NCBI GenBank assembly: GCA_963817955.1
Contig: CAWFQK010000002.1
Span: 640,001-704,000, forward strand
Source of the DNA: an uncultured Gemmatimonadaceae bacterium
GTDB lineage: Bacteria > Gemmatimonadota > Gemmatimonadetes > Gemmatimonadales > Gemmatimonadaceae
Direction of reading: 5' to 3'
Length of the DNA: 64,000 nt
Shown: positions 10,812 through 25,247 of the stretch, in pieces
Layout of the letters: each line of letters opens with the position of its first letter
How positions within the stretch are numbered: the stretch's first letter is position 1
Translations under genes and position numbers: made by a program
The notes under the pieces: model-generated
What the model was told of the DNA's origin: nothing
What the model saw: the letters and a program-made list of their open reading frames with translations, nothing else
Databases searched by the model: none

Positions 10812-11129
10812 CTACTTGCCTCCCCGTGCCGGAGCGGCCGATGGAGCCGACGTCTTCTTGTCGACCGCCTTCTGGCCGGTATGTCCACGGAACAGGCGCG
10901 TCGGCGCGAACTCACCGAGCTTGTGCCCGACCATGTTCTCCGTCACGTAGACCGGGATGAACTTGTTACCGTTGTGCACCGCGAAGGTGTGGCCTACGAA
11001 TTCAGGCAGCACCGTGCTCGCCCGTGACCAGGTCTTGATCACGCGCTTCTCGCTCTTGGCGTTCAGTGCGCCCACTTTCTTGGCGAGCGCTTCCTGAACG
11101 AACGGGCCTTTCTTTACGCTTCTACCCAT
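10812..11129 (-). CDS. rpsS: 30S ribosomal protein S19
   Basis: [29 protein letters not shown]. Confidence 0.97.
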   Translation of the reverse strand: MGRSVKKGPFVQEALAKKVGALNAKSEKRVIKTWSRASTVLPEFVGHTFAVHNGNKFIPVYVTENMVGHKLGEFAPTRLFRGHTGQKAVDKKTSAPSAAPARGGK

Positions 11130-11136
11130 ATCGGAA

Positions 11137-11212
11137 TCTCGGTTTCGTTGCTCGTTGCTCGTGGCTCGCTACTCGTGATGACGAGAAACGAGTAACGAGT
11201 AACCAGTAACCG
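11137..11212. repeat. Inverted heptamer-repeat hairpin (rplB/rpsS spacer)
   Basis: TTGCTCG-type units, then CGAGAAA CGAGTAA CGAGTAA CCAGTAA. Confidence 0.75.
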
Positions 11213-11214
11213 TT

Positions 11215-12045
11215 TTATTGCGTGGCCTTACCGCGCTTCCGCCCACGGACGATCAGGCGCTGCGACGACTTCTTCTTGTTGCGCGTCTTGACGCCTTCCT
11301 TCTTGCCCCACGGGCTCACGACGTTGCGTCCGCCATGCGTACGACCACCATGCGGATGGTCGACTGGGTTCATGACCTCGCCGCGCACCTTCGGACGACG
11401 TCCCTTCCAGCGCGTCTTGCCGGCCTTGCCCCACGAGATGAGTTCGTGCTCCTCGTTGCCGACCGTGCCGATCGTCGCATAGCAGCGACCGTGCACGAGA
11501 CGCATTTCCGTCGACGGCATGCGCAACGTCACATAGTCGCCTTCCTTCGCCACGACCTGCGCCGACATGCCTGCCGAGCGGCAGAGTTGTCCACCCTTGC
11601 CGATCTTGAGCTCGATGTTGTGCACCGCGGTGCCGAGCGGCATTTCTGCCAGTGGCAACGCATTGCCGGTGCGGATGTCCGAGCCTGGGCCCGCCATCAC
11701 GCTGTCGCCCACCGCCAGGCCCTTCGTATGAAGGATGTAGCGCTTCTCGCCGTCGGCGTACGTCACCAGCGCGATACGCGCCGAACGATTTGGATCGTAC
11801 TCAACGGTCGTGACCGTGCCGGCCACACCGTGCTTGTTGCGCTTGAAATCGATGATGCGGTACTGACGCTTGTGACCGCCGCCACGACGCCGCATCGAAA
11901 TGTGCCCGTGATTGTCACGGCCACCGCTCTTCTTGATCGGCTCGAGCAGCGACTTTTCGGGCGTGCTCGTCGTGATGTCGGAAAAATCCGACACCGTCCG
12001 AAAGCGCGTGCCCTTGGTCACCGGCTTGAATTGACGAATTCCCAT
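11215..12045 (-). CDS. rplB: 50S ribosomal protein L2
   Basis: [22 protein letters not shown]. Confidence 0.97.
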   Translation of the reverse strand: MGIRQFKPVTKGTRFRTVSDFSDITTSTPEKSLLEPIKKSGGRDNHGHISMRRRGGGHKRQYRIIDFKRNKHGVAGTVTTVEYDPNRSARIALVTYADGEKRYILHTKGLAVGDSVMAGPGSDIRTGNALPLAEMPLGTAVHNIELKIGKGGQLCRSAGMSAQVVAKEGDYVTLRMPSTEMRLVHGRCYATIGTVGNEEHELISWGKAGKTRWKGRRPKVRGEVMNPVDHPHGGRTHGGRNVVSPWGKKEGVKTRNKKKSSQRLIVRGRKRGKATQ

Positions 12046-12062
12046 GGTCTATGCGCTCCGGC

Positions 12063-12350
12063 TCAGCCTTCGAAGATCTCAATCGTGTCGCCCTCACGGA
12101 GCGTCACGATGGCCTTTTTCCAATTGGGGCGACGACCGACGTTCTTGCCCATGCGCTTCTCCTTGCCGCGCACGTTCGACGTCCAGACGCCGGTAACTTT
12201 CACGCCGAAGAGCTGCTCGATCGCCGAACGGATCTGCGGTTTGTTCGCGTCGGGGTGCACCTCAAAGGTGTACTCCTTGCGCGCCTGATACGCCGCCGAG
12301 CTCTTCTCGGTGATCAGCGGACGCACGATGGTGCGATGTAGTGTCGGCAT
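12063..12350 (-). CDS. rplW: 50S ribosomal protein L23
   Basis: [33 protein letters not shown]. Confidence 0.97.
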   Translation of the reverse strand: MPTLHRTIVRPLITEKSSAAYQARKEYTFEVHPDANKPQIRSAIEQLFGVKVTGVWTSNVRGKEKRMGKNVGRRPNWKKAIVTLREGDTIEIFEG

Positions 12351-12353
12351 GTC

Positions 12354-13193
12354 TTACTTCCCCTTCTTCTTGGCCGCGGGCTTCTTCGCCGCTGGCGATT
12401 TCTTGGCGGCAGCCTTCGTGGCCACGGGCTTCTTGGCCGCTGGAGCAGCCTTCTTTGCGACCTTCTTGGCCGGCGCCTTCTTGGCTGCTGCGGTCTTGAC
12501 CGTCTTCTTCGCCAATGATGCCTCGCTCACGGCCTCACGCGCTTCGGCGATTGGCTCGAGCGTGTGGCCTAACGCCCCCGCCTCGATGAGCACGAAGTCC
12601 GACCACAGAATGTGGTAGGTGGACACGTCCGAGTACGGCATCACGTGCACCGTCGGCAAATTGCGCGCACTCAGGAATACGTTCGGCTTTACGCCGTCGG
12701 TAAGAATGAGCACCTTGCGGTCAGCAACGCCGAGGGTATCGACCAGCGCCTTCATGCGCGACGTCTTCGGCGCATCGTATTGGAAAAGGTCGATGACGTA
12801 GATCGCGTCCTCGCGGGCGCGGGCGTTGAGCGCGCTCTTTCGGGCGAGGGCGCGTACCTGGCGTGGCACGTACTGCGCGTAGCTGCGCGGCGTCGGACCG
12901 AACACCGTGCCGCCGCCCACCCAATGCGGCGCGCGCGTGGATCCGGCACGGGCGCGGCCCGTACCCTTCTGCTTCCACGGCTTCTGATTACCGCCCGTCA
13001 CGTACTTGCGGATCTTGGTCGAGGCGTTGCCCTGGCGCTGATTGGCAAGAAATGCCTTCACCGCCTGGTGCATCACCGGCATGTTCACGGTGCCGTCGAA
13101 CAGCGTCTCGGGGAGCGCGACTTTGTCGCGCACCGTCCCCTGCGCCGTATAGGCGGCCGCCTGGAACGAGGTTCCTGTCGTGTTGTCAGCCAT
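12354..13193 (-). CDS. rplD: 50S ribosomal protein L4 with histone H1-like Ala/Lys/Pro C-terminal tail
   Basis: [24 protein letters not shown]-terminal [14 protein letters not shown] repeats. Confidence 0.97.
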   Translation of the reverse strand: MADNTTGTSFQAAAYTAQGTVRDKVALPETLFDGTVNMPVMHQAVKAFLANQRQGNASTKIRKYVTGGNQKPWKQKGTGRARAGSTRAPHWVGGGTVFGPTPRSYAQYVPRQVRALARKSALNARAREDAIYVIDLFQYDAPKTSRMKALVDTLGVADRKVLILTDGVKPNVFLSARNLPTVHVMPYSDVSTYHILWSDFVLIEAGALGHTLEPIAEAREAVSEASLAKKTVKTAAAKKAPAKKVAKKAAPAAKKPVATKAAAKKSPAAKKPAAKKKGK

Positions 13194-13196
13194 GGA

Positions 13197-13880
13197 TTAA
13201 GCCTGCTTCCGAACGACCACGATGCCACCGGGCTTACCGGCGATCGAGCCGCGGATATAGATCAGGTTGCGCTCCGTGTCGATCTTTTCGATGCGGAGAT
13301 GCGTCTGCGTGTGCCGCTCGTCGCCATAGTGGCCGGGCATCTTCTTGCCCTTGATGACGCGCGACGGATCCGTGCCGGGTCCGATCGAACCGGGACGGCG
13401 ATGCTTGGTGTTGCCGTGCGTGTTCGGACCGCCGCCAATGCCATAGCGCTTCACGACGCCTTGGAAACCGCGGCCCTTGGTGGTGCCAGTCACCTTGACC
13501 GTATCGCCGACGGCGAAGATGTCGACCTTGATCAGATCGCCGACATTGTACGACGGGATCTCGATCGTCGCGTTGCCCGGCTCATCGAGACGCACGCTGC
13601 GCAGAATGCGCGGCGGCGCGGAGAGTCCCGCCTTGTGGGCGTGACCGACGGTGGCGAGCGACGCGCGATGTCCCTTGGGCTTGCCTTCTCCCTTGACCGA
13701 GGCGCGCCGCAGACGCGACTGGCCGTAACCGAGTTGCACGGACGCATGTCCGGCCTTCGCCTTGTCCGTCACGGCGAGCACCGGGTTGGGCTCGGCTTCG
13801 ATCACCGTCACCGGGATCTGCTGGCCCTGTTCGTTGAAGATCTGGGTCATGCCCAGCTTCTTGCCAATGATGCCAATCAT
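13197..13880 (-). CDS. rplC: 50S ribosomal protein L3
   Basis: GKKLGMTQIF, KGRGFQGVVKRY, RRPGSIG, KGKKMPGHYG. Confidence 0.97.
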   Translation of the reverse strand: MIGIIGKKLGMTQIFNEQGQQIPVTVIEAEPNPVLAVTDKAKAGHASVQLGYGQSRLRRASVKGEGKPKGHRASLATVGHAHKAGLSAPPRILRSVRLDEPGNATIEIPSYNVGDLIKVDIFAVGDTVKVTGTTKGRGFQGVVKRYGIGGGPNTHGNTKHRRPGSIGPGTDPSRVIKGKKMPGHYGDERHTQTHLRIEKIDTERNLIYIRGSIAGKPGGIVVVRKQA

Positions 13881-14012
13881 GAATTTCTAAACCTCAGCTG
13901 AGTCACTGTCGGAATTGACAGTTGGACTGTGGCGGAAACGGTCGTGGTGGCCCGTGGCTCGTCATACCAAGCAACGAGATGCGAGCACCGTCCCCCGCCT
14001 GCGTCGTGGTGC

Positions 14013-14321
<309 letters not shown>

Positions 14322-14327
14322 TGAGAG

Positions 14328-14416
14328 TTACTGGTTGCTAGTTGCTGGTTGCTGGTTGTTTGCCGCTGGTTGCTCGCTGCTGTTTCCAGCGACGAGCAAC
14401 CAGCAACGAGCAACCA
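14328..14416. repeat. Inverted heptamer-repeat hairpin (tuf/rpsJ spacer)
   Basis: TTACTGG TTGCTAG TTGCTGG TTGCTGG ... CCAGCGA CGAGCAA CCAGCAA CGAGCAA. Confidence 0.8.
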
Positions 14417-14422
14417 AACGCA

Positions 14423-15625
14423 TTACGCGAGGATCTTCGTGACGACACCAGCGCCGACGGTGCGGCCGCCTTCACGGATGGCAAAGCGAACCTGCTCCTC
14501 CATCGCGATCGGGGCGATCAGCTCGATCGTCATCTGGATGTTATCGCCCGGCATCACCATCTCGGTGCCAGCCGGCAGCTCGACCGAACCGGTGACGTCG
14601 GTCGTGCGGAAGTAGAACTGCGGACGATAGCCCTTGAAGAACGGCGTGTGGCGGCCGCCCTCGTCCTTGTTCAGGACGTAGACCTCGGCTTCGAACTTCG
14701 TGTGTGGCTTGATCGAACCGGGCTTGGCGAGCACCATACCGCGCTCGATGTCCTTCTTGTCGACGCCGCGGAGCAGGAGACCGACGTTGTCGCCGGCCTG
14801 GCCCTGATCGAGCAGCTTGCGGAACATCTCGACGCCCGTGACGATCGACTTCTTGTCCGAGCCGAAGCCGACGAGCGAGACTTCCTCACCGACCTTGATG
14901 ATGCCGCGCTCGATACGACCAGTCGCAACCGTGCCGCGGCCCGTAATTGAGAATACGTCTTCGACCGGGAGCAGGAACGGCTTGTCGATCTCGCGGACGG
15001 GCTCCGGGATGTAGCTGTCGAGCGCGTCGTAGAGTTCCTCCAGGCGCGCTACCCAGTTCGGATCGCCGGCAATCGCACCCGTGGCCGAGCCGCGGATGAC
15101 CGGCAGCTCGTCGCCCGGATAATTGTACTTGCTGAGCAGCTCGCGCACCTCGAGCTCGACGAGGTCGAGAAGCTCCGCGTCCTCTACCATGTCGCACTTG
15201 TTGAGGAACACGACGACTGACGGCACGTTCACCTGACGGGCGAGCAGGATGTGCTCACGCGTCTGCGGCATCGGGCCATCGACCGCGCTCACCACGAGGA
15301 TCGCGCCGTCCATTTGCGCGGCGCCCGTAATCATATTCTTGACATAATCGGCGTGGCCCGGGCAGTCGACGTGCGCGTAGTGGCGCGCCTTCGTCTCGTA
15401 CTCCACGTGGCTCGTTGCGATCGTCAGAATCTTCGTCGAGTCACGACGCCCCTGCGACTCCGATGCCTTGGCGACTTCGTCGTAGGCGATGTACTTGGTG
15501 CCGTACCCACGCTCCGACGACACCTTCGTCAGCGCCGCGGTCAGTGTCGTCTTGCCGTGATCGACGTGGCCAATCGTACCGACGTTTACGTGCGGCTTGT
15601 TCCGCTCGAACTTTGCCTTTGCCAT
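14423..15625 (-). CDS. tuf: Elongation factor Tu
   Basis: [33 protein letters not shown]. Confidence 0.98.
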   Translation of the reverse strand: MAKAKFERNKPHVNVGTIGHVDHGKTTLTAALTKVSSERGYGTKYIAYDEVAKASESQGRRDSTKILTIATSHVEYETKARHYAHVDCPGHADYVKNMITGAAQMDGAILVVSAVDGPMPQTREHILLARQVNVPSVVVFLNKCDMVEDAELLDLVELEVRELLSKYNYPGDELPVIRGSATGAIAGDPNWVARLEELYDALDSYIPEPVREIDKPFLLPVEDVFSITGRGTVATGRIERGIIKVGEEVSLVGFGSDKKSIVTGVEMFRKLLDQGQAGDNVGLLLRGVDKKDIERGMVLAKPGSIKPHTKFEAEVYVLNKDEGGRHTPFFKGYRPQFYFRTTDVTGSVELPAGTEMVMPGDNIQMTIELIAPIAMEEQVRFAIREGGRTVGAGVVTKILA

Positions 15626-15652
15626 TGTTCGCGTCCTGGATTGTTTGAGTCT

Positions 15653-15708
15653 CTACTGGTTGCTGGTTGCGTGTTCCTGGTTGAACCAGCGATCAGCAAC
15701 GAGCGACC
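15653..15708. repeat. Inverted heptamer-repeat hairpin (fusA/tuf spacer)
   Basis: CTACTGG TTGCTGG ... CCAGCGA TCAGCAA CGAGCGA. Confidence 0.7.
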
Positions 15709-15711
15709 GTC

Positions 15712-17832
<2,121 letters not shown>

Positions 17833-17967
17833 AGAAAGTCGCTGCTAGTTGCTAGTTGCAGATTCCTGAAAAAAACGGAACCAGATTCTTTGTCGTTTTG
17901 AAAATCGAACCAAGTCCTTTCCTCTAACCGCGCGCAGCAAGCGATTAGTGTTCGTCCTTCCACCAGC

Positions 17968-18015
17968 AAAAACGCGGGTGGACCGGGCGCTCCAGAGGAG
18001 CCGGTGTCCATCCGC
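17968..18015 (-). terminator. Intrinsic terminator/attenuator-like hairpin inside the fusA leader
   Basis: Minus strand GCGGATGGACACCGGCTCC-TCT-GGAGCGCCCGGTCCACCCGC followed by GTTTTT. Confidence 0.6.
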
Positions 18016-18049
18016 CATCGCCGGGTGTACTCGTCACTGCTGCGCGAGT

Positions 18050-18252
18050 GGGGACCCAAGGCGCGCCGAGCAATACCGCACTCGACGTCAAATTGTCCTG
18101 CGTCGCTTGTCGGGAGTCGTTGCACTCAGCGCGAGTGCGTCGATCGGCAGCAGGCCCCTGCGTGATGCAGGCCCATAAGTGTCGGCGCGCAGCTCGCCGA
18201 AGTCATCTACCAAAGGCACTGGACCAACCGAAGCCCAACACCCTTAGCCCCC
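18050..18252 (-). ncRNA. Candidate ~200-nt structured RNA (fusA 5' leader or independent sRNA)
   Basis: 5' arm (18233-18252) pairs with 3' arm (18050-18071); internal hairpins at 18182-18200, 18157-18171 and 18122-18138; starts just after a sigma70-type promoter; no credible ORF. Confidence 0.5.
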
Positions 18253-18254
18253 TG

Positions 18255-18282
18255 AATTTATCGGAGCTTCGTCCCGTGTCAA
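18255..18282 (-). promoter_or_regulatory. sigma70-type promoter upstream of fusA
   Basis: TTGACA-16 nt-TAAATT on the minus strand. Confidence 0.65.
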
Positions 18283-18370
18283 CGGGCAAGCCACAGTCCG
18301 TTTCGGGCGTACCGTGGCTCTACACGATGCCGTCAGATCGTGCGGTACTCACACTGCTAGCACACTCCGC

Positions 18371-19216
18371 CTATCCGCGCCGCGTCCAGATCGCGATCGC
18401 ACCGCAGCGAAGGTCGGGCGCCGCAAACTCAACCGGCATTTCCGAGAGACCGCGGAATACCTCGATTGCCTCCACGGTGTCGAGCGACATGGAGCCAAGC
18501 CCGTCCGTGATCGGGTCCGTACTCCCATGGGTGTCCATTCGATGGCCGTCGACAAACCAGCCGATGCGACACGCCGTAGCCGCCGAACCCGCAAAGCCAA
18601 AATTCATATCAGGACTGCTGCGCGTCATCTGCATCGTCGAAGTAAACCCAGGATTCAGCACCGACAATCCCGGCACGCGCTGAAGGAACTGCCCCAACGA
18701 GCTCACGTTCGCTTTGTCGAGGTCGCTACGATCGTAGTGGAGCCCGAGGCCTAATGCCTTTCGGCTGGCGAAGCCAGGCACCACTGCCGCGCGCTGCTGC
18801 ATCTCTGCTGCCTTGACCGCGCTCGGATCCGGACGAATGTGCTCGATGACGCCAATCTGGTGTTGCGGGTCGCCCGATATCGCGATCGGAACGCGCACGG
18901 TGAGGCGCTCGCCATTGTCGAAATGAATCGGCGCTGACAGTATCGACGTGTAACCCGAACGGACTGCCGCGATCTGGTAAACACCAGTCGTCGTCTTCAG
19001 GTCGAAGTTCCCGAGCGAATCGGTGGTCGCGTGAACGACCGGCGCGTTGGTCGCCGGATCGACGAGCATCACGGTGCCGCGGACGGGTGAACCGGTCGCG
19101 TCGTCGTACAGCACGCCCCGCACTACAACTTGTGCAGTCACCAGGGCAGGAGCCAGGAAGGAGGCGAGAACGACTCCGGCGATCGCCGCCGCGTGTTTGA
19201 TAGAATGGAAGCCCAT
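18371..19216 (-). CDS. Secreted protein with carboxypeptidase-regulatory-like domain plus TonB-receptor plug-like domain (no beta-barrel)
   Basis: Signal peptide ending AQ, VRGVLYDDATGSPV..TTDSLGNF..GY; C-terminal FLQRVPGL..WFVDG..VEAIEVFRG..CGAIAIWTR. Confidence 0.75.
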   Translation of the reverse strand: MGFHSIKHAAAIAGVVLASFLAPALVTAQVVVRGVLYDDATGSPVRGTVMLVDPATNAPVVHATTDSLGNFDLKTTTGVYQIAAVRSGYTSILSAPIHFDNGERLTVRVPIAISGDPQHQIGVIEHIRPDPSAVKAAEMQQRAAVVPGFASRKALGLGLHYDRSDLDKANVSSLGQFLQRVPGLSVLNPGFTSTMQMTRSSPDMNFGFAGSAATACRIGWFVDGHRMDTHGSTDPITDGLGSMSLDTVEAIEVFRGLSEMPVEFAAPDLRCGAIAIWTRRG

Positions 19217-19421
19217 GACGCACCTCGACTCAACGATGGTCACCGGGCCTCATACCGAATTGCGACCTGCAATCCTTCGTGCTCTGCTGGTCCGACCGCG
19301 CCGAGCTCTCGCTCCCGCACCCCGGCCCCACCCCACACGCCGACCCGGTCCCCGCAACATGAACGAGATGCGTGCCACGAACGCGGCCGCATTCACTTTC
19401 TCGATGCAGAATGTGACCGAC

Positions 19422-19724
19422 TCAGCCGTGGCGATGCCCGTTGCGCTTCTTTTCAGGCTGGTTGGGGTTCAGCTCGCGCGGGCTCTGCGCCTGACCTTTT
19501 CGCGCGTGCTGGTCGCGAGTGAGAAGTGTCTTCGGCGGCGCGGCGCCATTCGGCTGACGCGCTCCCCTCGCCGGACGCTGCTCGCCCATCGGACGACCAG
19601 TGTGAGACGTAAACTGCTCTTCGATATTCCGCTCGGCGCGTCGGCCGCGGCCGCCATGCGGATTGCCGCGCTCCGCAAGCTGGTCCTTGAACTGATCGCC
19701 GCGATTCTTCCGGATGTCGCTCAT
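19422..19724 (-). CDS. Small hydrophilic, probably disordered hypothetical protein (100 aa)
   Basis: GGAGG SD (19730-19734) just before ATG at 19724; rich in R/G/Q/N/E with no hydrophobic core. Confidence 0.6.
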   Translation of the reverse strand: MSDIRKNRGDQFKDQLAERGNPHGGRGRRAERNIEEQFTSHTGRPMGEQRPARGARQPNGAAPPKTLLTRDQHARKGQAQSPRELNPNQPEKKRNGHRHG

Positions 19725-19810
19725 GGAATCCTCCGTGATGAGCGCTCTCTCAGGCAGGCGTCGTGCCCGCGTCGCCCGCGGCGATCGGCCCATGTGTCTC
19801 ATGGATACGA

Positions 19811-19845
19811 AGAACCCCGCCGGTTCGAGACCGGCGGGGTTCTTT
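19811..19845. terminator. Intrinsic terminator after rpsG (potentially bidirectional)
   Basis: AGAACCCCGCCGG-TTCGAGA-CCGGCGGGGTTCT perfect stem; T-rich tails on both strands. Confidence 0.8.
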
Positions 19846-19864
19846 AGTGCTCGAAAAAACGATG

Positions 19865-20335
19865 CTACCAGCGATAGTGAGCGAATGCCTTGTTTGCGTC
19901 CGCCATGCGGTGCGTGTCTTCCTTTTTCTTTACCGCATTCCCTTCGCCCTTGGACGCGGCGATCACTTCGGCAGCGAGCTTTTCCGGCATCGACTTCTCG
20001 TTGCGATCGCGCGAGTAGTTGATCAGCCAGCGCATGGCCAACGCCGTGCGGCGCTCCGGACGGACTTCCACCGGCACCTGATAGGTGGCACCACCGACGC
20101 GGCGGCTCTTCACTTCAACGACGGGCTTGAGGTTCGCCAGCGCCTGCTTGAAGACGTTGACGCCCGGCTGGTTTGTGCGGCTCTCGACGAGGTCCATAGC
20201 GCCGTAGAAGATGCGCTCAGCGGTCGACTTCTTCCCCTGGAGCATCATGGCGTTGATGAACTTCGAAACAGTCTGGCTGTCATAACGCGCATCCGCGAGG
20301 ATGGGGCGCTTGACGGATCCTTTGCGGCGACTCAC
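19865..20335 (-). CDS. rpsG: 30S ribosomal protein S7
   Basis: [40 protein letters not shown]. Confidence 0.97.
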   Translation of the reverse strand: MSRRKGSVKRPILADARYDSQTVSKFINAMMLQGKKSTAERIFYGAMDLVESRTNQPGVNVFKQALANLKPVVEVKSRRVGGATYQVPVEVRPERRTALAMRWLINYSRDRNEKSMPEKLAAEVIAASKGEGNAVKKKEDTHRMADANKAFAHYRW

Positions 20336-20727
20336 TTCTTACCTCCCGCCGCGCCAGCCTTTGGCTTCTTCGTGCCGTACTTGGAGCGGCTCTGGTTGCG
20401 GCCGTTCACGCCGGAGGCGTCGAGCGAGCCACGAACAATGTGGTAGCGAACACCCGGGAGGTCCTTCACACGGCCACCACGCACGAGCACGATCGAATGC
20501 TCCTGCAGGTTGTGCCCTTCACCGGGGATATAGGCGATAATCTCGAAGCCATTGGTCAGCCGAACCTTGGCAACCTTGCGGAGGGCCGAGTTCGGCTTCT
20601 TGGGCGTGGTGGTGTACACGCGCGTGCACACCCCGCGGCGGAACGGATTCGACTTGAGCGCCGGCGATTTCTCCGTTTTGGGAAGGTCTCGACGGGCGTG
20701 ACGGACGAGCTGATTGATCGTTGGCAT
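20332..20727 (-). CDS. rpsL: 30S ribosomal protein S12
   Basis: [32 protein letters not shown]. Confidence 0.98.
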   Translation of the reverse strand: MPTINQLVRHARRDLPKTEKSPALKSNPFRRGVCTRVYTTTPKKPNSALRKVAKVRLTNGFEIIAYIPGEGHNLQEHSIVLVRGGRVKDLPGVRYHIVRGSLDASGVNGRNQSRSKYGTKKPKAGAAGGKK

Positions 20728-20806
20728 GAATACCGAAAAAAATTCGAACGGGATAGCCCCGTGGCAGCGCTTCCCGCCGACCGAAGGTGGCTGCGGGAGA
20801 ACAAGG

Positions 20807-20835
20807 AAGGTAGATACACGCGTCAAAGCTGTCAA
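20807..20835 (-). promoter_or_regulatory. sigma70-type promoter for rpsL
   Basis: TTGACA-17 nt-TACCTT. Confidence 0.7.
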
Positions 20836-20874
20836 CGCGGCAGAGTTTTGGTGCACCTTGCGCCGGTCCCCGAC

Positions 20875-20918
20875 GAAAAACAGGACGGGCGAGCTTTCGC
20901 TCGCCCGTCCTGTTTTTC
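20875..20918. terminator. Bidirectional intrinsic terminator after rpoC
   Basis: GAAAAACAGGACGGGCGAGC-TTTC-GCTCGCCCGTCCTGTTTTTC. Confidence 0.9.
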
Positions 20919-20933
20919 GACATTCGCGACCCC

Positions 20934-25244
<4,311 letters not shown>

Positions 25245-25247
25245 GAG

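Noticed and set aside
18050..18252. tmRNA, SRP or RNase P identity for the fusA leader RNA
   Set aside because: Begins GGGGC but lacks the tmRNA T-arm/CCA end, the SRP GGAA-loop motif and the RNase P GAGGAAAGUCC motif.
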